A stretch of DNA of 64,000 bases from Eledone cirrhosa (GCA_964016885.1 OZ024757.1:18352001-18416000); one strand, 5' to 3'; shown: positions 1 through 12,717, counted from the stretch's first letter. A program made the numbers and translations. The notes: a model not told the origin generated them from the sequence alone.

Positions 1-109
1 ATGTAGAGTGCTTCGAATCTGTTATAAATAAATTTGTTGAATAACCAACAAATTAAATATCTCTTTGCTTTTATATATATATATATGTGTGTGTGTGCGT
101 GCATGTTTG

Positions 110-192
<83 letters not shown>

Positions 193-204
193 CGTGCATG
201 TTTG

Positions 205-281
<77 letters not shown>

Positions 282-286
<5 letters not shown>

Positions 287-315
287 ATAACTAATAAGCT
301 TGAAACTAGTACAGC
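282..315 (+). ncRNA. 5'-truncated hammerhead ribozyme remnant
   Basis: TGATGA-taactaataagctt-GAAA-CTAG-TA directly after (TA)n; palindromic stem III ACTAGT; C3 and the 5' strand of stem I are missing. Confidence 0.55.
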
Positions 316-579
316 GTTCCTTTGTCAGTGTTGAACGAACGAGCAACGATGGTTGCTAGACACTACGGCTTAATATGGGATGTTTGTTTACAAGCACACC
401 GAGCATTATAATAAATGTTCGGTGAATCCATACGTACATATATATATGTTTGCATGTATGTATATATATATACATACTACTGTACGTCTGCATACATATA
501 TGTATGTACGTGTACATACTTATATTTAAGTAACAACCGTACTAAGACTGGAAAATGAAATTTCGTTTCATTTTTTCCG

Positions 580-634
<55 letters not shown>

Positions 635-638
<4 letters not shown>

Positions 639-816
639 GTTTCTACTTTAGGCACTAGGCCAGCAAAAACCCCAGTGCATTACCGGTACTTTATTTCATC
701 GACACCCGTAAGGATGAAAGGCAAACTTAACCTTTGAACTCAGAACGTAAAGGGCCATAACTCTATGCCTCAGGCATGTTGTCCGGCGCTCTATTGATAC
801 TGCCAATCCGCTGCCC
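635..816 (-). mobile_element. tRNA-derived SINE, family 1
   Basis: Reverse complement of the 2286-2475 copy (GCCTTTCATCCTTACGGG..TCGAT..AAAGTACC core), with an internal deletion. Confidence 0.85.
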
Positions 817-1181
817 TTGTATGTATATGATAATATATCTATATTCCCATACACACACACATATGTATGAAGTGTAAATAATAATTAAGTATTACATATG
901 ATTGAACAATATATATTGTAGCCAGCATATGTAGACTACTATAATTACACCGAAACATATGTTAAAGAAAATAAATTGATAATCTTTTCTCGCCGTCGTT
1001 TCATTTCTCTTCGTGCAATACTTATATATATATATTATATATATATATATATATCTGTATGTATGTATATATATACATGCACACATATATATATATTATA
1101 TATATATATATATATATATGTGTATGTATGTATATATATACACGCACACATATATATATATATTTCTATATATATATATAT

Positions 1182-1215
<34 letters not shown>

Positions 1216-1257
1216 GTGTGTATGTATGTATATATATACACACACACACATATACAT

Positions 1258-1291
<34 letters not shown>

Positions 1292-1352
1292 ATTCCGGGT
1301 TGAATCGGAGGTAACCACAGTAAGGCACACAATACATAGCAGAGTATAAATG

Positions 1353-1480
1353 TTTTAATATAGAAGAGCTTCTACAGGACTAGAACTGTTTCATTCGTGA
1401 GAAATCATCAGGAAGCGCTTCCTGGTGATTTCTCACGATTGAAACAGTTCTAGACCTGTAGAAGCTCTTCTGTATTAAAA
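1353..1480. repeat. Fold-back palindrome with two back-to-back hammerheads
   Basis: 64-bp arms, no spacer (centre 1416/1417), 4 mismatches. Confidence 0.9.
1368..1416 (-). ncRNA. Type I hammerhead ribozyme
   Basis: gcttc-CTGATGA-tttctcacgaat-GAAA-CAG..CTG-TA-gaagc; the mirror copy at 1417-1465 (+) has a mutated core, CTGGTGA. Confidence 0.8.
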
Positions 1481-1483
1481 TAG

Positions 1484-1526
<43 letters not shown>

Positions 1527-1530
1527 AACG

Positions 1531-1607
1531 AGTAGGACCCCGACGGCTAATTCTGAGTCCAGAATTAGCCGTCGAAACGGCTTGAGCTCAGCCGTCGGGG
1601 TCCTACT
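1531..1607 (+). repeat. Hairpin element with hammerhead 3' half (family B)
   Basis: GAAA-CGGC-ttgagctca-GCCG-TC inside the inverted arms agtaggacccc/ggggtcctact; no CTGANGA; relatives at 41270-41350 and 61174-61211. Confidence 0.6.
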
Positions 1608-1813
1608 TATATATATATATATATATAAAACCATATTTATTGTATTATAAATATGGTTTTATAAATATAGTTTCCATTTATTTAATATCATTGATTAAAT
1701 ATAAATATATATTAGAAAATAGAATAGCTTTCACCGTATTTTTGACTGAAGAAATTTTAGTCTGATAATGGGGTTTAGAACCCTCAGATAAATGGAAAAA
1801 GATGAGTATTGAC

Positions 1814-1857
<44 letters not shown>

Positions 1858-1899
1858 ATGTATGCATGTATTTACACACACACACACACACTCACACAC

Positions 1900-1961
<62 letters not shown>

Positions 1962-2036
1962 CGTAAACCTCTCCAAATGAAGTTGATGTTTATTACGGTA
2001 TGTCGAATATATTTATCTATAAAACTGTTTATATTG

Positions 2037-2099
2037 TATTTTGTCTGATGAAGGCATAGCATATTGTTAATATGATATCCCCGAAATATATATAATGAA

Positions 2100-2102
<3 letters not shown>
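2037..2102 (+). ncRNA. Type I hammerhead ribozyme (GAAA-TATATA-TA family)
   Basis: tattttgt-CTGATGA-stem II-GAAA-TATATA-TA-atgaaata; close homolog at 63118-63183 (-). Confidence 0.75.
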
Positions 2103-2181
<79 letters not shown>

Positions 2182-2285
2182 ATGCATGTATTTACACACA
2201 CACACACACACGTATGTATATATATATATATATAAATCAAGAAAGAAGAGTGACACGGTTTGCTATACAATGAGGGCTTTAATAA

Positions 2286-2475
2286 GGGCGGTGAATTGGC
2301 AGTATCGGTAGAGGGTCGGACGCCATGCTTTGACGTATAGAGTTACGGCCCTTGCCATTCTGAGTTCAAATCCCGCCGAGGTTAACTTTGCCTTTCATCC
2401 TTATGGGGTCGATAAAATAAAGTACCAGTAATCTACTGGGTAATTGCTTGCCTTGTGCCAAAAGTAGAAACAATA
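2286..2475 (+). mobile_element. Full-length tRNA-derived SINE, family 1, with target-site duplication
   Basis: A box TGGCAGTATCGG, B box GTTCAAATCC, conserved central core; 13-bp TSD AGGGCTTTAATAA at 2273-2285 and 2476-2488. Confidence 0.92.
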
Positions 2476-2492
2476 AGGGCTTTAATAACATT

Positions 2493-2599
2493 GCTGACAA
2501 TTGTTTCTCTGAACAGGTAGGTCTAGAGATCGCTACCCGCCTGTTTTCTGCGTCGGTCGATCACCAATACATAGTTATAACCACTCAATTCATCAGAGC
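2493..2599 (-). ncRNA. Type I hammerhead ribozyme with long stem II insert
   Basis: gct-CTGATGA-(about 82 nt)-GAAA-CAATTG-TC-agc; palindromic stem III, GUC site. Confidence 0.7.
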
Positions 2600-2973
2600 T
2601 TGCGATCATTACTCCAAGTGTATAAATTACATAGAAATCACCGCGTACTCGCAGCATCACTATGGAAACGCCTTGTTGAGTCAAACTTAGCCAAGCGTTG
2701 ATACCATCCACTACTCGGAGTACCCTAACTGGACTGCACCTAAGTGGACTACCTATAACAATAATCTGTTATCCCGTATATATATATATGAAATCATTTA
2801 GTCTACATTTGCACTATACTGTAATAATTTAATGATGCAGCATTAGACGTTAATCTATTAGTAGAACAATGGAGGCGTTTAATTAGTTGTCTTCCGTCTA
2901 GTAATGTTCAGTGTCTCACCTTCAAATGTATACACATCAGGATTAAGGTGAAACACACTGCCTCTGTGTCAGC

Positions 2974-3041
<68 letters not shown>

Positions 3042-3136
3042 ATACATATATGTATATATTTATATATATGTGTACATAGGACATATAGGTACGTTTATAT
3101 ATATACGTATATATAAATATGTATATAGGTATGCAC

Positions 3137-3190
<54 letters not shown>

Positions 3191-3287
3191 TCTACCTGGA
3201 GTTGCGACCGATAGATAGTACTAGCAATTGGAAAGACCAACTGAAACATTGTTTCCTCGGTCCGATTTGACGAAAGTCGAACGTTCC
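3191..3287 (-). repeat. Dispersed ~97-bp repeat of unknown family
   Basis: Diverged reverse complement of 9691-9788; flanked by (TA)n. Confidence 0.8.
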
Positions 3288-3380
<93 letters not shown>

Positions 3381-3732
3381 TTTCCTTACTCACATTTCGA
3401 CCAGGTTTGATGGTCTTTATTCTCTCTCGTCTACGATTTCACAGAACTTATGTTCATCGATTTCAGGGACTTGACTCCTTCTTCCTCACTTTTCGTTGCA
3501 TTACCATCTTTCTTTGTTTACTGTCTCGCTCGTTCCTCCTATTTACGTGTCCCAACGACTTTCTTTAGCTGTTGCTCGCACCAACCGGAGGTATATGGTC
3601 TCTAAAGCGATGAAATACCAATGAAGGCTGGAAGATCACTGATGAAGGACTAAATTTATTTATATATATATTAGAAAGTGAGGTTTTTTTTACAAAATGA
3701 AAAATAACCGAGGTGTCCTACACGAGTGAAAG

Positions 3733-4004
3733 TATAAAGAAAAAGAGATGAAATCGAAAATGCAACTGGAGTCTTATTTTTTTTTTAAATATATATATTT
3801 ATTTGGTTCCTTTACCGGTTTCGCAGTTCTTCTGCTTTTCAAAAGGTGAGTTGAGATGGAGGGTCTGTTTTTTTCAACCACAGACCCTCCATCTCAACTC
3901 ACCTTTTGAAAAGCGAAACCGGTAAAGGAACCAAATAAATATATATATTTTTTTTAAAAATAAGACTCCAGTTGCATTTTCGATTTCATCTCTTTTTCTT
4001 TATA
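3733..4004. repeat. Fold-back palindrome with hammerhead variants
   Basis: Arms of about 125-135 bp around an 11-nt loop near 3869-3879; right arm has an 11-nt deletion in stem II. Confidence 0.92.
3809..3846 (-). ncRNA. Minimal hammerhead-like motif with variant core
   Basis: cctt-TTGAAAA-gcag aagaa ctgc-GAAA-CCGG-TA-aagg; palindromic stem III ACCGGT. Confidence 0.6.
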
Positions 4005-4054
4005 TATATATAGAGAGAGAGAGAAGTGGTTACACAACAGTTAGTTCACCATAC

Positions 4055-4092
4055 CGAGAACAATTGTTTCACCATCGTGGATCTTCAGCTCG
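4055..4092 (-). ncRNA. Minimal type I hammerhead ribozyme
   Basis: cgag-CTGAAGA-tccacgatggt-GAAA-CAATTG-TT-ctcg. Confidence 0.82.
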
Positions 4093-4100
4093 GTCAAATA

Positions 4101-4138
4101 CGAGCTGAAGATCCGCGAAGGTGAAACAATTGTTCTCG
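4101..4138 (+). ncRNA. Minimal type I hammerhead ribozyme
   Basis: cgag-CTGAAGA-tccgcgaaggt-GAAA-CAATTG-TT-ctcg. Confidence 0.82.
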
Positions 4139-4724
4139 ATATGGTGAACTAACTGTTGTGTAACCACTTCTACCTAACTCGTCCCTTGGACTGAGTGCTC
4201 TACCACTACGGATATTACCTTCCAGTGTTCTACCACTATATATATACTGGATTCCTGTTGATAAGCACAGAAGATTTGGATATTTCACTTTTTATTTCTA
4301 TTCCATTTCGATTCTCTTTATTTTTCAATTCACATACCACCGTTGCGAAACGGATTTAGGTTTCGAGGTTCAAATTCGTCTACGGAACAGGTTTGGATTT
4401 TGAAATTTAAATCTGTCCAGGAATCATGGCCGTTGCCAATATAAGCTTGTCTTTATTGACTTATATCGAGACAGACAAATTGTATTCACTTTAATTAGTT
4501 TATTTCATTAATAGCTAACTTTGTCTGTTGCAATGTAAACACGTTTCGTGTTTATCATATATTTTAATGTATTTAACTGCTCGGAAAAGCCCCTTTTCTT
4601 GGAGCTTAATTATTGTAAACGACTGAGAGTTTATTCTCAAAATATAATATAGTATATATATATATATATATATATATACATACATACATACATCAAATGA
4701 ACGTATGTGAACATGCGATTGCTC

Positions 4725-4955
4725 GTGGTAGATGGTGTCAGGATATTCGGCTGACGATCGCAGGTCTGTGTTCGATTCCTCGTGTTGCCATGTGTCATAT
4801 TTCACTGTAATTCGAAGGAGCAGCCAAGTTACGTCCGCTGAATCTCCCTGAGAACTACATTAACGATACACTTGTCTGTGGAATGCTCGGCCGCTTAAAC
4901 GTTAATTTCAAGAGAAGGATGTTCCGTTGATAGAATCTACGAGAACACTCGTCTG
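4725..4955 (+). mobile_element. Degenerate tRNA-derived SINE, family 2
   Basis: A/B-box-like TGGTAGATGG and GTTCGATTCC; body (CTGAGAACTAC..TCTGTGGAATGCTC..TAATTTCA) is homologous to 12210-12315 and 38310-38622. Confidence 0.7.
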
Positions 4956-5191
4956 AAAAGATAAACTGTGAACGTGTGGAGGCACATGTATGTGTTTACA
5001 GTGTGTGTGTGTGTGTACGTGTGTATGTGTATGCGTGTACGTGCGTATGTGTGTGTTCTATAGATTTTGATAGTGATCTATCAAGCTATCTACATATATA
5101 TCGAATGTATATATATATATATGTGTGTGTGCGTTTGTGTGCGTGTGCTTGTGTACGTATGTTTGCCATATATTGAAATCATTATTAAGGC

Positions 5192-5235
<44 letters not shown>

Positions 5236-5276
5236 AATAACATTAAGAAAGATGCTGATGTTACATGAATCGTTTA

Positions 5277-5367
5277 TTCATAATAATTATTTCAACGGTT
5301 CTCTTGTGCAATCCAACATGTAATTCATGCATTTGTTGTTATTATAAAAACGGTATCCTCAGATGAA
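5277..5367 (-). ncRNA. Type I hammerhead ribozyme
   Basis: ttcat-CTGAGGA-(long stem II)-GAAA-TAATTA-TT-atgaa; palindromic stem III. Confidence 0.72.
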
Positions 5368-5916
5368 ATTCGATTTTGTGATATGACGCAGGCAGAAAAA
5401 TCACGTCCTACTGTTCGTGCACCCGGTAGACATATAAGTTCCTAAAGGGTCCTTCCCAGCCTTCGTGTTTACATTTTCTGGAGCAAAGTACTATCTATGT
5501 GTCAATTAGTGAATCTGGACTTCTATAACCCTCACAGAACTAGGGTCGTAAATAACCAAAAGGATAACTCTTCAACTGTTTTGTGGTGACCTGCACCAGA
5601 CAATAGTCTCTGTGTAGCTAGATTTCAACAGATAGTGACAGCAATAAACGGAATTCTGACGGAGGGTGATATAAACAGTTTGATGACAGTTACATTCAAG
5701 ACAACAGCAACCGACAACACCACATCGCCTATACTGGCCGTTGTAGTAGAAGTGATAACAATCCCTGTTAATGACAACAACTACATCCCCAACTAAGAAG
5801 CGGCGACAACAACAACAACAACACTAGCAATGATTTCGGTCACGACGACGACAACAACAAAAATTCTTTGGTGGCATCGGTCGCTGTAAATAAATTCCCA
5901 TAGTAAGAACACTAAC

Positions 5917-6160
5917 AATGGTTTCTACCCTTTGGCACAAGGCCAGCAATTATCCCAGTGTATGATAATAATTGTTTCTATTTTTGGCACAAAGCCAGCA
6001 ATTACCCCAGTGTATTACTGGTACTTTGTTTTATCGACCCCGTAAAGATGAAAGGCAGAGTTAACTTCGGCGGGATTTGAACTCATAATGGCAAGTAATG
6101 TAACTCTATGCGTCAAAGCATGGCATCCGACCCTCTACCGATACTGCCAATCCACCACCC
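5917..6160 (-). mobile_element. SINE family 1 with duplicated 3' tail
   Basis: Full reverse-complement match to 2286-2475, plus an extra tail copy at 5917-5962. Confidence 0.88.
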
Positions 6161-6660
6161 TAGCATAGCGTCCGACCCTCTACCGATACTGCCAATCCAC
6201 CCACCACCTTAGCATGGCGTCCGACCCTCTACCGATTCTGCCAATCCACCTCCCTATCATGGCGTCCGACCCTCTACCGATACTACCAATCCACCACCCT
6301 AGCATGGCGTCCGACCCTCTACCGAAACTGCCAATCTACCGCCCTAGCATGGCGTCCGACCATCTACCGATACTGCCAATCCACCACCCTAACATGGCGT
6401 CCGACCCTCTACCGATAGTACCAATCCACCACCCTAACATGGCGTCCGACCCTCTACCGATACTGCCAATCCACCACCCTAGCATGGCGTCCGACCCTCT
6501 ACCGATACTACCAATCCACCCACCACCCTAACATGGCGTCCGACCCTCTACCGATACTGCCAATCCACCACCATAGCATGGCGTCCGACCCTCTACCGAT
6601 ACTGCCAATCCACCACCCTAGCATGGCGTCCGACCCTCTACCGATTCTGCCAATCCACCA
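6118..6660 (-). repeat. 45-bp tandem array derived from the SINE head
   Basis: About 12 copies of agcatggcgtccgaccctctaccgatactgccaatccaccaccct, the A-box end of SINE family 1. Confidence 0.92.
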
Positions 6661-6700
6661 TTTGTAACAACAATAGTTAGTCAGTCTTAACTACAGGGGT

Positions 6701-6893
6701 ATTAATAATTGTTTCTACTTTTGGCACAAGGCCAGCAATTATACCAGTACATTACTGGTACTTTATTTTATCGACCCCGTAAGGATGAAAGGCAAAGTTA
6801 ACCTTGGCGGAATTTAAACACAGACCACAAAGGGCCGTAACTCTATGCTGTAAATCATGGCGCCCGACCCTCTACCGATACTGCCAATCCACC
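6701..6893 (-). mobile_element. SINE family 1
   Basis: Full-length reverse-complement copy. Confidence 0.88.
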
Positions 6894-7019
6894 AGGGGTA
6901 TTAATAATGACAGCAACAACACCCGGACAAAAAGGACTGCTAGACTGTGGATGCGAGTTGTAAGTAGCGAATATAGCAACAACAAAAAAACATACATAGT
7001 AGTATATAGATACAAATGC

Positions 7020-7081
<62 letters not shown>

Positions 7082-7374
7082 GGAGAACAAAGAACAAAAG
7101 AATATAAAACACCGACCCTCATGTCGGGAGTATACAATCCTATATTTTGTATAACAGTTTGTGGTAGTATGATTAGGGGTGGACGTACACAGGGTATCCA
7201 GGTTTAAGGTCGGTGTGCGGCGACGCTCGGCTCCCAAGGTCAGGCTTTGTACTAGACCATAGCTAGAACAACTACATTGCTAATTTGTACAGTCTGAGGA
7301 AGGTTCCAGTTGATCTGTGGTGGCAGGTGCTGAATAGATTCTGTGTCATCTTTGTGAGTTTTTATTGTGCAAGG

Positions 7375-7470
7375 TCAGATTCATCCCAAGCTTTTCTAGG
7401 TCTTTCTCTTCCATAGTTCATGTCGACTTTAAGTGCCTTGTACCTTTTTATACAGCTGTCATTTTCCATA
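7375..7470 (-). mobile_element. RTE-like LINE 3' fragment
   Basis: Translates MENDSCIKRYKALKVDMNYGRERPRKAWDE, like the GRGRPRKxW C-terminal motif of RTE ORFs. Confidence 0.6.
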
Positions 7471-7569
7471 TACATATCATAGTTTACATTGCAGTATGTG
7501 TTCTGTAAAGTGGAAGTAATGGTGTCATGATAAAATACACTCAGCCCACCCTGTAAAGTGCCTTGTGTT

Positions 7570-8290
7570 GGTGCCATGATTTTATTGATAACGTGTGCTC
7601 ACCTCTTGATTATCTCCATAATTTCGGTGACACATAGATTGCATGAGTCATACCCTCCTGCCCTATAGTGTTGGGCCGAGGTGACCTTGAACCACAACAA
7701 GGTGTATCCAATGTTGTCATGCTTAAGTCACCACACCTGTTCGGAGAGGGCGCTGCTGTTTTTCATATCCACTCACTTAAGTGTGGCAGTGGTTGTACCA
7801 ATGTCCCTTAAATTTGTTAGCCGTAGCTAACTCAACATTCGTAAACTAAGCTACTGCTAAGGCATTTGCCTTCCTGGGTGCCGCTATCGAGGCAATTATA
7901 ATCCGGGGAGTTGTAGCTGCCTAGATTACTGGATCGTGTTGTATGATTCCGTGGTCGCGCCCGGTCGATAGTGTTATTATCGGAGGAAGAAGTATTTGTG
8001 TTGTGCTGACCCCCAGATTTGCGGAAGTTTTATTTATTCTACTCCGGTTTATGTTTTCTATATTTTGTACTAGGTTTCTAGTTGTAGAGTAGGACAATGC
8101 AATTGTGTGCCTGTTGAGAATGGCGTGGTACCTGTGCTGTTTCGGAAACTGCTCATCCAAGGCCCTGAAGAAAGTGGCTGCAAGGTTGCTGCATAAACAC
8201 GGCGCAGAATGGGTGGAGGGGGTTATACCGTACCGCATTGCGGGAACGGGTTCGCGTCCTGGTGTTGGCTTCGGTCATGTTATCTGATCT
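7570..8290 (-). pseudogene. Decayed Penelope-like element ORF (RT C-terminus plus GIY-YIG endonuclease region)
   Basis: RNAVRYNP / [35 protein letters not shown], then YNC..EGKCLSSSLVYEC*, FKGHWYNH, NSSALSEQVW*LK, CNLCVTE; stops and frameshifts present, YIG segment apparently deleted. Confidence 0.85.
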
Positions 8291-8312
8291 GTCCCGGTAT
8301 GCGTTACGCAAC

Positions 8313-9316
<1,004 letters not shown>

Positions 9317-9573
9317 AGCAAAGTGATATTTAATTTGTTGGTAATTCTTTTCTCTTTCTTCTTCCTATACATGTATATATATCCTAATAATTATTTAAAT
9401 CTACCTAGCGTCTAAAAATAGCGTTTTTTTTCAGCCTCAACCTCATTTGCATATTCATCTTAATAATTTTACATATTTTTTTTTTCCTCTCTTCCCCCTT
9501 TTACTATCCAGGTAAAACTTGAACCGTTAAGGTCTCATTCCTGGATATGTCAATATTTATAAAACAAACTTTG

Positions 9574-9634
9574 TATTTTATCTGATGAGAGCGTACCAAA
9601 ATGTTGGTACCCTTGAAATATATATAATAGAATA
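9574..9634 (+). ncRNA. Type I hammerhead ribozyme (GAAA-TATATA-TA family)
   Basis: tattttat-CTGATGA-gagcgtaccaa aatg ttggtaccctt-GAAA-TATATA-TA-atagaata; downstream tail matches 1650-1695. Confidence 0.78.
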
Positions 9635-9690
9635 AATATGGTTTTATAAATATAGTTTGCATTTATTAATATCATTGATATATAAAAAAA

Positions 9691-9825
9691 GGAACGATGG
9701 ACTTTAGTCAAATCGGACCGAGGAAGCAATGATTCCGTTGGTCTTTCCAGTTGCTAATACTATCTATCGGTCGCAACTCCAGGTAGAAGGAGCAACGTGA
9801 AATAAAGTGTCTTGCTCAATGACAT
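9691..9825 (+). repeat. Dispersed repeat plus SINE family 2 fragment
   Basis: 9691-9788 mirrors 3191-3287; followed by GGAGCAACGTGAAATAAAGTGTCTTGCTCAA, as at 38515-38622. Confidence 0.75.
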
Positions 9826-9938
9826 CTGATATATATGTATATATATATATATCTTGCTCAAGGACATTGATATATATATATATATATATATATTAATTCA
9901 AAATATTAACACAATAGATATTCGTGTGATCAAGTATA

Positions 9939-10001
9939 TTTTATTATACATATTTCAGAGGTACTGAGTTAACTTCAACAGTACGTCCTCATCAGATAAA
10001 A
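9939..10001 (-). ncRNA. Type I hammerhead ribozyme
   Basis: ttttat-CTGATGA-ggacgtactg..cagtacctct-GAAA-TATGTA-TA-ataaaa. Confidence 0.8.
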
Positions 10002-10103
10002 TAAGATGATGCATGACATACCCTGACATAGTAGATGGTTAAGATTCAGTCATGGTAGAATCTTAACCATCTACTATGTCAGGGTATGTCATGCAACATC
10101 TTT

Positions 10104-10166
10104 TTTTATCTGATGAGAACGTACTGTTGGAGTTAACTCAGTACCTCTGAAATATGTATAATAAAA
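10104..10166 (+). ncRNA. Type I hammerhead ribozyme
   Basis: ttttat-CTGATGA-gaacgtactg..cagtacctct-GAAA-TATGTA-TA-ataaaa. Confidence 0.78.
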
Positions 10167-10402
10167 TATACTTGATCGCAAGAATATCTATTTTGTTAAT
10201 ATTTTGAATTAATATTAATAACTCTGGAAAACCATACCATATATATATATTTATATATATTATATATATATATAATAGCATTGGGTAATTGCTGGCCTTG
10301 TGCCAAAAGTAGAAACAATTATATATATATATATATATATTATATTATATTATATATATACATACATATATATAAATATATTATACATACACTTATACAT
10401 AT

Positions 10403-10499
<97 letters not shown>

Positions 10500-10710
10500 T
10501 ACATTTCACTCTAGACACACAATAAGCAGCAATGTATAAACAACTGTAACCAAGCATGTCGAACATCTCTCCGTGGTGTATAATTCTAACGCTATATACA
10601 CCATAAATTAATCAATAACGCACTGGGTCAATAATCGTATATGGACTGAGTATATATTAGCTTACTGTCTATCGTATCATATGCTCTGCCAAGTGTATAT
10701 ATACCTACAT

Positions 10711-10767
<57 letters not shown>

Positions 10768-10827
10768 CATATATACATATATGTACACACACACACATAT
10801 ATATATATACATATACAATATATACAT

Positions 10828-10876
<49 letters not shown>

Positions 10877-11026
10877 GCATATATATATATTATATATATG
10901 TGTATATATATATACAATATATAAATGAATGTATAGAAATTACTGTGAGCGTGAAGCCAACAGTATTTCATAATATATATATATATATATATATATATAC
11001 ATGCATATATATATATATATATATAT

Positions 11027-11209
<183 letters not shown>

Positions 11210-12209
11210 CATACATATATATATATATACATACATATATATATATATATATATTATATATATGTGTATGTATATATATATATAAAATCCCGTAGACCAA
11301 ATATTTATTAAAACAACAAAGCAAAGAATCCCTGCTTTCACCCTTTAACGCGATCTTCTGTGTATTTTGTATATCTAATGATATAAGTTGAACATTTGAA
11401 AGCCTTTGACTACGAATTCTGGAAGCTGGTGGCGGGTGCCATCTTGCAAATTCCAGCAGAAGCAGGAGAGTGAGTGATGTGGAGTGGAAGTGAGAGTGTG
11501 AGCGAGTGTCTGACAAATCTGAGGCTTAACTTTTAATTCTAATGTGAAATGAAATATAAATGCCTTTGCTAATTTTACTGTCAATATCCCTCCCCTTGCC
11601 AACACACCACTAACAATGACTGGCCCCTCGGGCTGAGGGGACAGTTGAAACATAAGGACGGGATAGAGTAGGTGATGTATAGGGGAGAGGAGGGAGGGAT
11701 AGTTAGGGGTGAGCTAGAGAGGGAGGGAGGAGAGGGGGAGAGATAGGGGTGAGATAGAGAGAGGGGGAGAGGGAGAAGGTGGGGTGAGATGGTGAGAGGG
11801 GATGAAGGGGAGAAGGGGCGAAGCGAGAGACGGGTTGAAAGAGAGGGGGTAAGAGAGAGGGTTGTTGACAGGAGCTATGTCATGTCAACAAGTGTGAAAC
11901 GAAATCTGCCATATTTTTTTTTTTTCATTTATTAAATTTTAATCCGTGAAATTTCAAACTTAATTCCTTTTCCCCGCCTCCTTTGTGTTCCGGAAGAGAG
12001 AGTGCCTGTGGTGGTTGTCACTGTGTTTCTTGAATGTTGTAAGGGCCAGAGGTCCCTACTGCCAACAACAGCACCATCTCTAACTCCCACACACACCATT
12101 ATGGCCGCCATCTCCAATTGATCTCATTTTCTCTCACCATTTCCTTCTGACATGTTGCTTCATTTTTTAACTACATTGATTCTATGTTCGATAGCATTAG
12201 CATCTAATG

Positions 12210-12315
12210 TCGCTGGACTTCCGTCGCTTCCGACGAAGAGTGATCCTGTTGTTCAATCAACGAATGAGCCTGCTCGTGGAATTAGCACGAATGTGGCCAA
12301 AAGCATTCCACAGAT
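12210..12315 (-). mobile_element. SINE family 2, 3' fragment
   Basis: Reverse complement aligns with 4874-4955. Confidence 0.65.
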
Positions 12316-12316
12316 T

Positions 12317-12351
<35 letters not shown>

Positions 12352-12375
12352 GGGAGACAGAGAGAAAGTTGGGTT

Positions 12376-12406
<31 letters not shown>

Positions 12407-12544
12407 CGGGTGAGAGAGAGAATGGTAGAGAGAGAGAGAGAGAGAGACAGGGGTGAGAGAGAGAGGGCGGAGTGAGAGAGTGTGGTGGTGAAAGAGAGAG
12501 AGAAAGGAAGGAAGGAGAGGGAGAGGAAGAGAGAGAAAGAGAGA

Positions 12545-12640
12545 CTTGCAGAACGATGAGTGCTTTATTTAATTTATTACATCGTGATTTACCAACAAGA
12601 ACTACCAGTACTACCCATTGGTAATCAAACTAACTTAAAT
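12545..12640 (+). repeat. 3' tail of the hammerhead element family at 38841-39376
   Basis: GAGTGCTTT..ATTACATC(G/A)TGATTTAC..ACCAGT matches 39290-39375. Confidence 0.65.
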
Positions 12641-12689
<49 letters not shown>

Positions 12690-12717
12690 TTGTGTAAATC
12701 TGAGTTTTTCGAATATT

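Larger units (their letters stand above)
4022..4171. repeat. Fold-back palindrome with two back-to-back hammerheads
   Basis: About 71-bp arms, 8-nt loop at 4093-4100; right arm continues into a tail also found at 39441-39495 (-). Confidence 0.92.
9890..10215. repeat. Fold-back palindrome with two back-to-back hammerheads
   Basis: About 157-bp arms, 10-nt loop at 10048-10057, within (TA)n. Confidence 0.93.

Noticed and set aside
2286-2380. tRNA gene
   Set aside because: The A and B boxes belong to SINE heads; no cloverleaf
6118-6660. CRISPR-like appearance and the MASDPLPILPIHHP ORF
   Set aside because: Units are contiguous with no unique spacers and derive from a SINE head; eukaryotic context with no cas genes
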